A stretch of DNA of 60,225 nucleotides, from NCBI GenBank assembly GCA_030141605.1, contig JAQGDQ010001133.1, forward strand, positions 1 to 60,225. The letters are read 5' to 3'. Below the pieces are notes generated by a model. It was given only the letters and a program-made list of their open reading frames with translations. It did not search any database and was not told the DNA's origin. The position numbers were made by a program, and so were the translations under genes. Below are positions 13,568-32,708 of this stretch, one piece after another. Each line of letters opens with the position of its first letter. Position 1 is the stretch's first letter. The DNA comes from Tubiluchus corallicola (lineage: Eukaryota > Animalia > Priapulida).

Positions 13568-13720
13568 TCCTCCGTCCGTCTGACCGTCCGTCCGTCTGTC
13601 CGTCCGTCCATCCATCCATGCATCCATGCATCCATCCATCCATTTATCCATCCATCCATCTATTCATCTACCCATCCGTGTATCTATCCGACCATTCGTC
13701 TGTCCATCCAACCGTCCATG
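13568..13720. repeat. (TCCG)n/(TCCA)n tetranucleotide tract
   Basis: Direct inspection. It lies just downstream (minus sense) of orphan annexin exon 1. Confidence 0.9.
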
Positions 13721-13805
13721 TGTGTTCCACCTCTCACTCCATATAGACTACCTAACTACAATTTTTTGCCTGGAAATTAGAATATGTTCACACGTAATAA
13801 CTTAC

Positions 13806-13917
13806 CAGGTCCAGTCACTGCATTTCTCAGTTTTTCTGCATCTTTCGACTGATCAAAACTTTTAAATGATGTAACAGTTCCTGCATCACCGGGATTTAAA
13901 GCCATCATACATCTCAT
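13806..13917 (-). pseudogene. Orphan annexin exon 1 (array unit D); no exons 2-8 found downstream on this strand
   Basis: MRCMMALNPGDAGTVTSFKSFDQSKDAEKLRNAVTGP-G|GTAAGT has the same phase-1 end as exon 1 of A/B/C. Its upstream region is homologous to the A-B intergenic region. Confidence 0.8.
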
Positions 13918-14149
13918 CTAAGAATCATTTGTATAACATGTAGCTTATAAGTTGAAGAACCAGACATACGTCCAAGCGTGTTCAACGTAAATTTGTAAAT
14001 TCATACTCTACATGTTAGACTTTTTTATTGCTGTACGTAGATTGCCAAAGTTTTTTGATTTAAAACTTTTGATGGATTTTTATGAGAATCGAGCAGTTGG
14101 TGCCACGCAGTTGTTAGGTAGGCCACAGCCATGACGCAGTTGCATAAGC

Positions 14150-14205
14150 GTAGCTAAGCAACATTTACTTTAAAGTCGAGGACTCGAGGGCTATAGATGG
14201 CAGCA
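14150..14205. promoter_or_regulatory. Conserved upstream motif pair of annexin unit D (X-box-like GTAGCTAAGCAAC plus TAGATGGCAGCA)
   Basis: The same two motifs occur upstream of all four exon-1 copies. Confidence 0.45.
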
Positions 14206-15816
14206 CACCTGCAATATCTGCAGAATCACACCTACAGTCACTGACTTTTAGCTAACGTAAGAGTGACTGTTGAATGTTTATTATTGAAGCGTGTTAAATA
14301 TGCTTAAATTAACCTGATTAAATAGCTACAGTGTCAGAAAAGCTTCTCCCTATCTGCCTCTCCCCCTGTCTTTCTCTTTTAGTTCGTCCGTCTCAGTCTC
14401 TCTCTCTCTTTCTCTCTCTTTTTGTTCGTCCATCTCAGTCTCTCTTTCTCTTTCTTTCTCCCTCTCTCTCTTTCTATCTGTCTCTAACTCTATCCAACTA
14501 TCTATTTATCTATATTCTCTCTACTGTTTTCAATTCAAATTTAAATTTTAAAGGTAAGGAAAGTCTAACCTTCACTTACTGCTAATATTTATAGCTATTC
14601 TTAATGGACTAACAATCCGAGCAGCCTTAGCTAAATTCCGCAGTTATCGCCAAGGGCCCCGTCACTTTTACACACTTAAACTGCTGGTGAACGAAGCCAC
14701 TAAGTGTCATTATTGAACTTGAACACTCTCAGGCCAGCCTCAAATCGTTATAATCATTGTAGTAAAAGTGCAAGTGTCACGAATAGTTGTTTAGAGGTTG
14801 CGAGTGTGATCTACCCTAATTTTGGGTTCCTTACACAACAACAACTACCAAAAATTAAAACCACAGCAAGTGTCAAAATGAGTATAAAGATATCTGTGTA
14901 TTGGGTCTGTATATAGTTGAACAAAATAATTTAAAGCAATTTTGAAGAGCATGTTAAACAAATTATTTCATTTTTGATGACAAATATGACTGCGGTCATT
15001 CAGTATGCTAAGCCACGAAGTACAAATGCTCATTAAATCTGCTGTTGTAATTAGCAACTTAGTGGAATAGACTGAAATCACACACATCTACAAACAATGT
15101 TTCTATAAAATCGCATCGCTGTAAATCTACAAATGTAAGCTCTGTGACATATACACGTATGATCGTAAATAATACGTCTAATACAGCTATGTAAAACGAT
15201 TCGCTGTTAAACATTTGTATTTATTCCAAAATGTTCATCACGTATATTTAAGTACTTTTGCTCATTGCAGAATAACAGATTTCATTAAAAAATGTTTTGT
15301 TATCTACATGATAACTAATTGCATGTACCTAATTATAGTAAAACGGCCAGTGAAATTAATGGGCAAGCTCACTCCTGATGAAGCATGTGAGGCTTGTAAA
15401 GAAACTGCAAGAAGAAGAATTCCTTAGGTATGTCCTACTGTGATTTTGAAGTAATACATGTGGAGCATGTCAGATCAGAGGAGGGCACGAGTTAAACAAA
15501 AGTCTAACAAACTATAAAAATACATTTTTTATTACACAATTATATTACCATTAGAAATATTAAATTGCCAAAATAAGTTAAAATTAATCTTCAAATAAGA
15601 AAATGTTTCATGTGGCATTGTAAAATATAGTTATTGGTAAAATTAAGTAAAGCAATTTATTTTCTACCTCATATGTGGTTAACATTGTGAAGTTGTAGAA
15701 AAACTCGTATTTAGTCTTCTTATATATATATATATATGATAAAATCTGCAGAAAAGTAATCATTTTTTGTACGAGATAGTTAAAACTTGTTGTTGTTGTG
15801 GCTGTTGATGTTGGCA

Positions 15817-22045
<6,229 letters not shown>

Positions 22046-22178
22046 TATGTATCGTTTATATGAAATTAAAGTAGCTAACACGTGGCGTACCCTAAAACAA
22101 TGTGTCCAAGCGTTAAGAGTTTTTGAAGGCTTCACTTAAATTTACAGTTCACTGCAACCTTTACGTGTTTACATAGGT

Positions 22179-22229
22179 GTAACTAAGCAACGTTTATAAT
22201 CGATGACTTACAGACTATAGATGGCAGCA
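22179..22229. promoter_or_regulatory. Conserved upstream motif pair of annexin A
   Basis: GTAACTAAGCAAC at 22179-22191 and TAGATGGCAGCA at 22218-22229. Confidence 0.45.
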
Positions 22230-22256
22230 AAATCTCCATATCTGCATAGTAACAGT

Positions 22257-22405
22257 TATGACGCGTTCAGACTACATTCTCTCTGAAAGCAAGACAATAA
22301 CATGTGAACCGTTTGGCAACTTCTCTCGCAGCAGTCTGAACAGTAAGAGTGAGAGAGAAGTTGTGCAACAAGTTGCGAGAAAACTCCCCGCGTCTGAACG
22401 CACCA
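22257..22405. mobile_element. Small MITE-like element (possibly PIF/Harbinger)
   Basis: Imperfect inverted ends ATGACGCGTTCAGAC / GTCTGAACGCACCAT. Confidence 0.45.
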
Positions 22406-22615
22406 TTATAGACCAATATCAAATATAATGGTGACTACATTTTTGCCTTTAGAAGTGCTTCAAGTATACTTAAATTTACTTGAATTAATACTACAACTTT
22501 CCCAATCTCTCTCCGTCTGTCTTTCTCTTATTTTTTATCTTCTTCTGTCTATCTCAATCTCTTTCTCTCTTCGTTACTCTTTTAGTTTTTTGTATCTCTC
22601 TCTCTTTCTCTCTCT

Positions 22616-22647
<32 letters not shown>

Positions 22648-22648
22648 C

Positions 22649-22691
<43 letters not shown>

Positions 22692-22694
<3 letters not shown>

Positions 22695-23765
22695 TTAGTA
22701 GCTGTTGCGTGCGCATATCGTCGTTTAATATTGGAGCCAATTAAATATACTCATAGTGAGAGTTGTGAAGTGAAACTTATATAATTTGTATATTGTGCAT
22801 GAATAAAAAACGCATCCAGTTTAATGATTGGTTAAATTCTAAGAAAAACGATTGCTAAGATATTTCTGAAAAACTTAATTCTACAATAACTCTATTGTGA
22901 AGTTTTGCCTTACTTACCTGGTAGAAGGAGTTTTCTTCCATGTATCAGTGTAGGGGTGATATCACGCCTAATTAGCAGACAATGGCAACATGTATTTTGT
23001 GTAGACACAAGTATCCTGACTAGGAGGCACAGTACTTTAGAGACGACTCTGTACAGATCAGCATAGTGTGCATACTAAATGTCTTAAATACTTAAAAATT
23101 ATCAGCAGTTGCAAAATGAAGCACAAGATGCTTCTTGTGTTTTTAAAAAAGTCGGACTTCGCTAAAAATTAGTATGTAGAAATGAACAAGTGGTTCAAGA
23201 CACTATAAAGATCAGCTACACTAAAGACAGTAAATCCTAAGTGGCAATTGCAGTGATATAAAGAAGGAATGATAGCGTATTATACCATATGGTGAGTACA
23301 AACTTTCTTATTTTTATTTTTATGTTTCTGGTCACTTTACATTTCACTGTTCATAGGTTTCATCAATTCACGAATTTCTATGCACCAAGATTATTATAAT
23401 AAACATATGTCGCTTTGCCTTACACTGTTCATTGCAATAATATGGAATTATTGTCTTAGGTAAAAAAATGGATTCCATTTCAACATCAAAATTTTATGGA
23501 AAAGCCAGTGAATGTACGGACTCGGATGTTGTTGTAAGACATGGCAGAAGAGAAATAATTTTGTTACAGGATGCTGATGTGTCTCAACCTGAGAATGAAT
23601 CTAATGATGATGATGGAGAAGGTGATTACTCAGATTCTTCATGCTCAGAAGTTAGTGACTCAGAAATCTGCAGTCATCAGCCAACGACATCAAGAAAGGC
23701 TCTGATTTTAAATGGAAGACCCCCAAAAAGAATGCACAGCCTACTGCCATAAAATTCTCAGGGGG
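22692..23765 (+). mobile_element. piggyBac-like transposon fragment with 5' part of a transposase-like ORF (23468-23752)
   Basis: Shares ~95 bp with the TTAA MITE at 8775-9230. The ORF has the acidic Ser/Asp/Glu-rich N-terminus typical of piggyBac transposases. The block is absent from the homologous D-A intergenic region. Confidence 0.55.
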
Positions 23766-24941
23766 GGATTAACTTTTACACACTTAAACTACTGGTGAAC
23801 AAAGCCACTAAGTGCCATTATTGAACCTGAACACTAAAAGGACAGCCTCAAATCGTTATAATCATTGTAGTAAAAGTGCAAGTGTCACGAATAGTTGTTT
23901 AGAGGTTGCGAGTGTGATCTACCCTAATTTTGGGTTCCTTACACAACAACAACTGCCAAAATCAAAACCACAGCAAGTGTCAAAATGAGTATAAAGATAT
24001 CTGTGTATTGGGTCTGTATATAGTTGAACAAAATAATTTTAAGCAATTTTGAAGAGCATGTTAAACAAAATATTTCATTTTTGATGACAAATGTGACTGC
24101 GGTCATACATTATGCTAAGCCACGAAGTACAACTGCTCATATTAAAATCTGCTGTTGTAATTAGCAACTTAGTGCAATAGACTGAAATCACACACATCTA
24201 CAGACAATGTTTCTATAAAATCGCATCGCTGTAAGTCTACAAATGTAAGCTCTGTGACATATACACGTATGATTGTAAATAATACATCTAATACAACTAT
24301 GTACAACGATTCACTGTTAAACATTTGTATTAATTGCAAATTTTCATCACATACATTTAACTACTTTTGCTCATTGCAGAATAACAGATTTCATTAAAAA
24401 ATGTTTTGTTACCTAAATGATAACTAATTGCATGTACCTAATTATAGTAAAATGGCTTGTTAAAATTGCTTTTAATGTTAGAGATATTTGTGTTATGATT
24501 TTTATTACATAAATAAATTGTGTACTGTAAACACCACAAAGGCGCTCATTGTCGTGTTGGAAATGACCAAAAAATGGCCAGTGAAATTAATGGGCAAGCT
24601 CCTTATGAAGCATGTGAGGCTTGCAAAGAGAATGCAAGAAGAAGAATTCCTTAGGTATGTCCTACTGTAAGTACCTTGTGTTACTTAGGTAAGTAAGCAA
24701 ATCAGAAGAGGGCACGAGTTAAACAAAAGTCTGTCCACTATAAAAATACATTTTTTATTTCACAAATATATTACCATTAGAAATATTAAATTGCAAAAAA
24801 AGTTAAAATGAATCTTCAAATAAGAAACACCAATTTTGTCTTCGTATATATGATAAAATCTGCAGAAAAGTAATCTTTTTTTTGAACGAGATAGTTAAAA
24901 CTTGTTGTTGTTGTCGCTGTTGATGTTGGTACATTGCATCA

Positions 24942-25024
24942 TCATTTGACTAAATTGAACAGAAGATCTCCGTAGTTGCCTGAAGTATCATCCTGTAACC
25001 GAGAAAATGGGTATTACTCTTTTT

Positions 25025-25106
<82 letters not shown>

Positions 25107-28100
25107 CTCTCTCTCTCTCTCACTCTCCCTCTCCTTCTCCCTCTCCCTCTCTCTCTAACTCTATCTATCTTCTCTTCCTCGCTCCTCTTCCTCTCTCTTG
25201 TTTTTCAACTTTAAATTGTAAAAATAAGGAAAGTCTAAGCTCAACTTACTGCCAATATTTGTAGCTAATCTTGATAAACTAACGTTCCGAGCAGTCTTAA
25301 CTAGATTCCGCAGTTAGCACGAACTGGCCCGCCACTTTTCATAACTACTAGTAAACAAAGCCACTAAGAACAGCCTCAGTGTTGCTTAGCTGTAGTCAAA
25401 AAGAATACACCCTTGGCTATTTAGATTAGCCCGTTTTATTTACATTACGCCTGTACATTAGCTAGAATCTATCGTGAATATGTCAGACCAATTCATGCAG
25501 AGTGCTCAACGAAATAGATACCGTAGCAAGGTTTGAATGTATTCTTAATAATATTTGAGCCCATTCTTGCAAAGAGTCTACATACCGCAATAGCTGCATC
25601 CAAATAGTACCCATAATTCTCTTTAAATGCTTTCTTTACGTTCACCATGTTCTCTTCACAGCAGGTACAAACAACGCGGACTAGCTGGGTGTCATTCGTG
25701 GATGCTCCATGTACGGAATCATAAATTCGTCTGGCCCAATAACTGTATATGTCTTTGGCCATTTCAACTACAAAATTAAATATGCTTGAGTAAAAGTAAC
25801 ATATGGAGTATGGAAGGCCGCCATTGAGCATGTATCTGCGCCTACGCCTCTGGTGGCGAAAATGCCGTACTACAGATGAAACTTGGCAAAATGCCGAAGG
25901 GGAGAACGATTGTACACAACACTTGTTTGAGTATTTGTTTATAACGGATTCACTCCTACAACCTGTGTGATAGTTTCTCAGCTGTTTGCTTTTTGAAACG
26001 TGAGTTTAGAACGCGATAATCTCTAGTGTTAAAAATATTGTGCTTACACTTCTAAGAAATTAAGTCAGATGTAATTTTTTGTAGTGTCTTTCTTGTTTCA
26101 TTTTAAGCCCAAGTGCATAGTTTATTGATGCAATTTAGTCATCTCAAGATTTGTACACATTTCAATAAAAACATCACAATTACATTATGCAATTGCGTTA
26201 AAATTTTATTTATGATGCTTTTCCTGAATTTTGAATATTAACTAAAGACAAAAACATTATAAATCATAAATTGACAACTGCAAAATGTTAATCCTTACAC
26301 GATAAACAATGACTTTAGTGAATTTGGTAAATTGTGTAGCATAAAGAGCATTGTACTAGATTATTTTGCACTACATATACTTTTTTTAACTTTGTAGTAG
26401 AATGAGTGTCAGAATAACGTTGCTTGAAACAACACAATAAATAATTATTTTGTCATCGAACCACATTATATCATTAGTTTTTATTCTGTAAAAGTGGATA
26501 ATAATTATATTAATAATAAACTTATTATTATCATTAATTTTTATTTCAATCCAACTAACCACAAGAATTTTATCTAATCCTAATATTTTAATAACACTGC
26601 TGTATAAAAATAAACACAACATGTTGTTATCATGTAAAAACAAATGCTAATGAACAACGGTTAAAGTTCTGATTGATATTAAAAGTCTTACTGATTTAAC
26701 TAACTGAAACACGACAAAGTTGAAAATGCTCACATACGTTTAATCAATAAGACTACAGCTAATATGTTATAGATTAGTCTGTAATAGTTACACTGTTATC
26801 CATGGGGTTCACATATTTTTTGTCAAAGCTAATAAAATGAAGCTGTCACTAAAAATTATCGCGCTAACATTATAGTTATGCTTCAGTGAGTTTCTCTGTG
26901 TTTACAAATTCATTAGATCTTTTAGCAGAATGAAGTTACTATATCAGACTAGTTTTACAAGAAAAGAATTTTTGTTACCAAGGCCCGCACTTTTTACACT
27001 GTTACCGAGGTCAAATGCTGTAATGTAGTAATAATAGCCTTATTTTTAGCCCAGCTGTGTATGACAGTATCACAACAAGCTGTCGGTACACTCTGTTACA
27101 CACATCAGCCAAAGCTGCACTAGTTCAATTTTTTTCACCGGGAGAGGCGTAAGTGCAGCTCCATGGCGTTTCAAGATACAAAAAAGTTAATTACACATTA
27201 ATTAGACAACGTACTGCTAAAAAAATTTTGCCAAGTTTTTCCCAAGAAAGGCAACTATCAAATAAGTTTAACTTGATTTTCATGATATTCCCCCTTTAAG
27301 TAATATAGATTGGCATGGGAAGTTTTTTGATGCATTTCCTTTTCTTCCTTCGATTTACGTTTCCGTAGTTGACGTCATGCAGTGGCGACTTCGGAACGGG
27401 AGATTTAAAATGAAAATATTCAAAAATTCATTTTTATGCGAATACGATATATGCATAAGATTGCAGCAAAGTAATATAATTTTTAAGGCGATTTTTCGCC
27501 TCAAACCTACTTCAGGTAAAACTTTCTTGTCCTTCTAAGAACGAAACGAAAAAAAGGCACTTTTATTTTCTTTTTACAGCACAAGCTTGGAAGACACTTA
27601 ATATTTGGAAGGATGAGCACAAGCCACAAGTCATTTATTTAACTTACTCGTTACATTTAATGTGTTCAACACGTGACATTAATGTCAAAACACTGTCTTG
27701 TCATTTCTATCTACTTACCATACGTCAAAAGGGTTGTCACGTATAACCCGGAATGGTTGCCATATTCTTCTGCAATTGCCGACTCAATTTTGCGATTATT
27801 GTGCTCTTCCCATGCGGCGATGCATTTGCGTATGCGCCAGTAGCTCTTGCAGGGAAAAAACGCAGCCAGCAAAGTCGGATCCCAGTGATTCACAAATTGA
27901 TCGATATCATATTGTTCTGATGTCGTCGTGTCAAACAAAGGGGGCTACAAACAAAGAAATTTTTACACTGAAAAACGTTTAATGTAGACTTTCACCTTTC
28001 ACCTACAATCAAAGTTTGCATGTACAAACAATATGGACGGGAGAAAAACTAAAGTGGTGCAGTTAGGAGTAATTGAACTTGGCTGGGGCAGAACAGCTTT

Positions 28101-31100
28101 AGTACTCTCTCAGTGAAAACCTTGGAAACCATGTTAATCAGCATTTGCTTTAAATCGTGCATTGTCTGCTCACGCAAATTTTCTAATCATTATCCTATTA
28201 GGCCAAAAAAAGACGAAACATGCAATGCATTTCAGGACATTCAAACACAAGTGCATATTAAAAAATCAAACATAATGCATAAAACATGGGCTCAACTTAA
28301 AATAATTATGATTCATACGTACAACAAAGTAATATGACAGTAACACCATAAAATCTTGGGTATGTATATCTTCTTTAACACGATCTTTAAACTTCGAATT
28401 TCCACCTAAAAAGGGTAAAAACAATGATTATTCCATGCCAGTGTCAGTTAAATAGATAAAATGCACTAAAGCACATCTGAGAACTGCACAATGCATTATG
28501 ATAAATAGACGGTAGATGAATAGATGAATATATGAATAGCAAACTCAAGAAAATTGGCTGGCACTGAAAAACTGTTGGACATTTGAATAGATCTACCACA
28601 TTGAAACATCAATGCCACTCTCATCACACATCTTCGAATTTTTCAAGGCACTATTTTTCAGAGCCACATATGTGAACTACGGGGATACTGCGAGATCCTT
28701 TTTTAGAAACTGACTGTCTTGAATCTGTGGCCTAGAGGGCCATTGTGGTGCATGTGGACATTTTTGTAGACAGGCAATTCAATTTTATGGTTTTAATATG
28801 ATATTGTCAATAATCATATGTACATGTCTTAGGTTATCGAGCTACTTATGTACATAGTTTCCACTTTTTGTAGTTTCTATGTAGCTTTAAGAAAACCTTA
28901 GGCTTAGGCTCAATATTTTATGCTTTTTTGTTTATGCGATGCACTTCCTATCAACCATTAACACAATTTTCTTTAAGGTCGATGGTTTAGGAGGTACAAA
29001 TGATCTTTGGTCCTGACTATTTTGACCTAATTATAAATCTCCTCGGTAATTAATAATAATTATATTTTTGTGGTATTAATGACCCACTGAAAGTCTGGAA
29101 GTCATAGGAACACGTACCTAAGATTCTATAAGTTTCCTGCAGTTCTTCAAGAGTTCTTGTACCGAAGATCTCAACCAATGTCATCTCATCTGTGCCTGCA
29201 CCCTATACAAACAGACTGAGTAATGAAAAAATCCAAAGATATTTTTGCAGTAAAGTATCAGCCAAACAGAGACTACACACAAAATGCATTTGACAGACAA
29301 GTTATAAAAATTAAAAGTAATATGAGTAACTCGCATGTCAAATATGATGATGATTTGGGCTTCTTGTGCGAAGAGGACGATCAGGAACTTTGATATTCGA
29401 CAAAGTCAATAGATTGTTGGGAAAATGTAGGCCTTTAATATCTTTTTATCTCTTTATCAGGTTAGGCTATCTCAAATGTTAAGACACGGGGAATACACTC
29501 ATGTCCAGGAACCAAATTAGTGAGCTGCTACAACTCTTCCAAAGACCCTTAGCTCCACAGCAAAACTAGACTTTTGAGTCTCGCTAAATGTGCTAACTTG
29601 GCTGTGTTTTGCTAGTTTGGCTTACGTGTACTTGGCTGTTAATTGCATAATCTGGAACGCTAACTTACATCAAGTGCCCATTCGAAGAACATTGCATCTC
29701 GTAACGCTGGGTACATCAACCGGCTTTCAACGACCATTTTCAATTTCCATTCAATTGGTTCTTTAAAATCGTCTAATACCAAATATTTGCAATTCTGAAA
29801 TGGAGGTCAATCTCATTTAGTATTTAATTCTGTAAAGTTATTCACAAAATTTATTTGATATATGCCTATAGTGGCAACATAGATTCGGAGCAAGAGATCT
29901 GAAAAACAAAAGTTCTAAAACTGACATTCTTCAGTCGCTCAGGTCTGTTAATCAATTTTTAACTATAGCAAATCAGATCAAATCAAGTTCATTGTTCTCT
30001 ATAACATTTCAGAAAGGTATACATATAATAAAAATATAAAAACAGAATTATAGTAATAAACGCTGTAAATAAAGTAAATCTAAAATAAGAGAGAGATAAG
30101 GTAGCGAATTGACATGAAAAGTCATCAATTCAGCTACCCTATATTTGGCAACAAATTAGGTTAATTTCGGCACTGGTTAACATGGCAGATAAACAAGGAC
30201 GTAAAGTTGTCTGTTGAGTAATTGTAGTAATTTATCAATTGAATTCATAATTTTTATCTGTAAGTTTTTTATACATGTTATCAAGTTATATCCATCAAAA
30301 TTAAACATCTAAGCAAAGAAAATTAAAAAAGGATGAAAGTGAAGAAAGTTAGTTGTTTTAAGAAAATCCGTAGTAGTAGACTTTTAGTAGAAATAGAAAC
30401 ACAATAATGATGATAACATTCTACATACAACACCATTATTGTACAGCAATGTAATATTACTGTATAACAATATGATGATTATGCTATATATAATAATACA
30501 ATAGTATTTGCAAAGATCTACTGTTATTATAGTTATTGTTTTGTATAGAAAAATTGTATTATTATCCATATTTGCAAATACAGTCAGTTATGTAATTAAA
30601 TAATTATACTACAGTTATATAAATTTAACAAGCTTCTTATGTGTAAATATATATGTAAATATTCGTAATCAAGTTATTGTATCGAAATTAAATATATAAG
30701 TAAAGCATATATTTTGTTTAGAAAAAGAATGAGAGAAGAAAATAAACGTTCTTTTGAAAACGGCCGGTCCATGATCACCACCAGGAGAGGGTGCTGCATG
30801 TGGGCTTGGTTGGCATTTCTGTTATAAATACGCCTCCACGTTTGCTTGCACGGCACTGTACTCACAGCTTTTGCCAACCACGTACTCACATATTTCATCT
30901 AATTCACATTGTTCAGTCACTAATTGCTTCAGAGTCTCACAAGTGTTTAGAACCTCCTCATAGGCCTTTGTTAATGAATCTGCCTTTTCCTTTACTAGTT
31001 CAAAATCGACATTCTGTCGTAGTAGTGCCTTCAAAACATCAATCAGTCTTGTCATGTAGGCCACTTGACCTGACATAGTTCTTTTTAACTTTTTAATGTT

Positions 31101-32446
31101 CTCAGATGGCATTAGAAATTGTTGCCAATCGGGAATTACAGTAGTACCCGTAACAATAGATTCAGCTCGCGGTGGGGTACTCTCATCACTAATATTATCT
31201 GCTTGGTGAGAAACTGCCGAAAACCAAAAGCTTTACATTCCCGCCACAGATAGCGCCTCATGCACGAATTTGTAAGCGAGATTAACAAAAAAAGCTAAGG
31301 CTGCTACATCTTCATTTATAACGCAAAGCCAATAGCAACTTTTACTGAAGTTATAAGGTTATAGGCAGAGTATAATGGCTGACGTCAGAACAATGGCTAT
31401 GTGTCAGCAGTTTTCTAAGTGAATATCTTGGTGGAGGCGTCCTAAACTGTGACCCACACCATCTTGTAATATATCTCCTTCCCCGACAGTCCCACCAAGC
31501 ACCACTACTATGTTTTTTCTATAGGCTGTTTGATAAAAAAATTGGAAAAAATCTAGAGCTGGTTCCGGAATAATGCCCATCAGGGGACACCGTGGCCCAA
31601 GCGCAAATTCTAAGTATGCCATCCACCGTTGAACGGGCTATCAAATTGTTACCAATGCGACCAATGGCCCGTTCCCGTTCACCAGAAATAAGACTTATAA
31701 GTTTTGCAAATTTTTGCGAGGGCATTTTGGAGGTTTTTGCCCCCTTCGACCCAGTGGGCCCGAGTGTTTCAAATGAGACAGACACTAGACCTGTTGGTTG
31801 ACATTTAGATCTTCGAAAATGGTGCCCTCGTTGGAAATGTGAACTTCTTTTTTTTTCAAAGTGGGTTGAATAACCAAGAAATAAACCATTAAATAATGAA
31901 TTTATGTCACATGTACCAGCTATCACACACACAAGTATAGTGCTGTCACCTACCACGTCATACAGCTGACCGAAAGCTTCCTGCACTAGCTGTAATTGAT
32001 AGTTGGACCTGGTTGACAGTATCATAATAACTGTGGCTTCATCAGTTCCTATAAATTCACCAATTCATATAAATTATTATTTTATTGGTATAGTTCTGTT
32101 TCTTCTCCATTAACTTTATATAGTTACTTTCTCTCTCTTTCTCTCTCTCTCCCTCACTCACTCTCTTTTTTTTGTTACACAACTGCCTGATCACCGATCC
32201 CTATATCTATTTTTGACTCTCCTGAATTGTCTGTATTTCTGTCTGTCTGCTATACTGCTATAATTTTAATTTCTATCTTGAGATTAGGGTATATTCACAT
32301 GCAATAAAGAACTCACCAGGTCCTGTTACTGCCCACTTCAGTTTTTTTGCATCTGCTTCCGCATTAAAACCCCCAAATGGCTTCACAGTTCCTTCTGGTC
32401 CCGGCGGCCAAGCAATTATGTTTCTTAACCTCCGATTAGGTTCCAT
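24942..32446 (-). CDS. Annexin copy B, 8 exons, 325 aa
   Basis: Exons 32317-32446, 31954-32048, 29669-29794, 29118-29202, 28323-28405, 27719-27944, 25586-25767, 24942-24992. All GT-AG and in frame. Motifs GPGTDE, GAGTDE, HGASTND, DDTSGNY. Confidence 0.92.
25814..26985. mobile_element. Unclassified insertion in annexin intron 6, shared by B and C (C copy from ~36618), absent from A
   Basis: Both begin AAGGCCGCCATTGAGCATGTATCTGCGCC and share long near-identical blocks. The right boundary is approximate. Confidence 0.5.
30762..31392 (-). mobile_element. LTR-retrotransposon 5' fragment (BEL/Pao-like gag N-terminus), specific to annexin B intron 2
   Basis: ORF 30822-31112 (KKLKRTMSGQVAYMTRLIDVLKALL...helical) resembles a BEL/Pao gag start. 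Candidate short TG...CA LTR at 31271-31392. Absent from A and C. Confidence 0.5.
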
Positions 32447-32663
32447 TATGTATCGGTTGTATGAAATTAAGCTCGCTAACACGTGATGTACCCTAAAATA
32501 ATGTGTCCAAGCCGTTAACAAAGTTTGAGTGTTTGAATTTGTAAATTCAAGCTTTAGATATCGATTTTCTGGCTGTTATACACAGAAGTTTTGATGATAC
32601 TTTTTGTTGGTCTTTTGATGTGAGTAGCCACCAGTTGCACAACCATTACGAGTTTACATAAGT

Positions 32664-32708
32664 GTAACTAAGCAACGTTACATGACTTACAGACTGTAGA
32701 TGGCAGCA
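32664..32708. promoter_or_regulatory. Conserved upstream motif pair of annexin B
   Basis: GTAACTAAGCAAC at 32664-32676 and TAGATGGCAGCA at 32697-32708. Confidence 0.45.

Noticed and set aside
25493-25585. Read-through C-terminus VCRLFARMG...EHSA* for annexin B
   Set aside because: GTATGT donor at 25585 and a canonical DTSGNY terminal exon downstream; copy A has a stop immediately after the donor.
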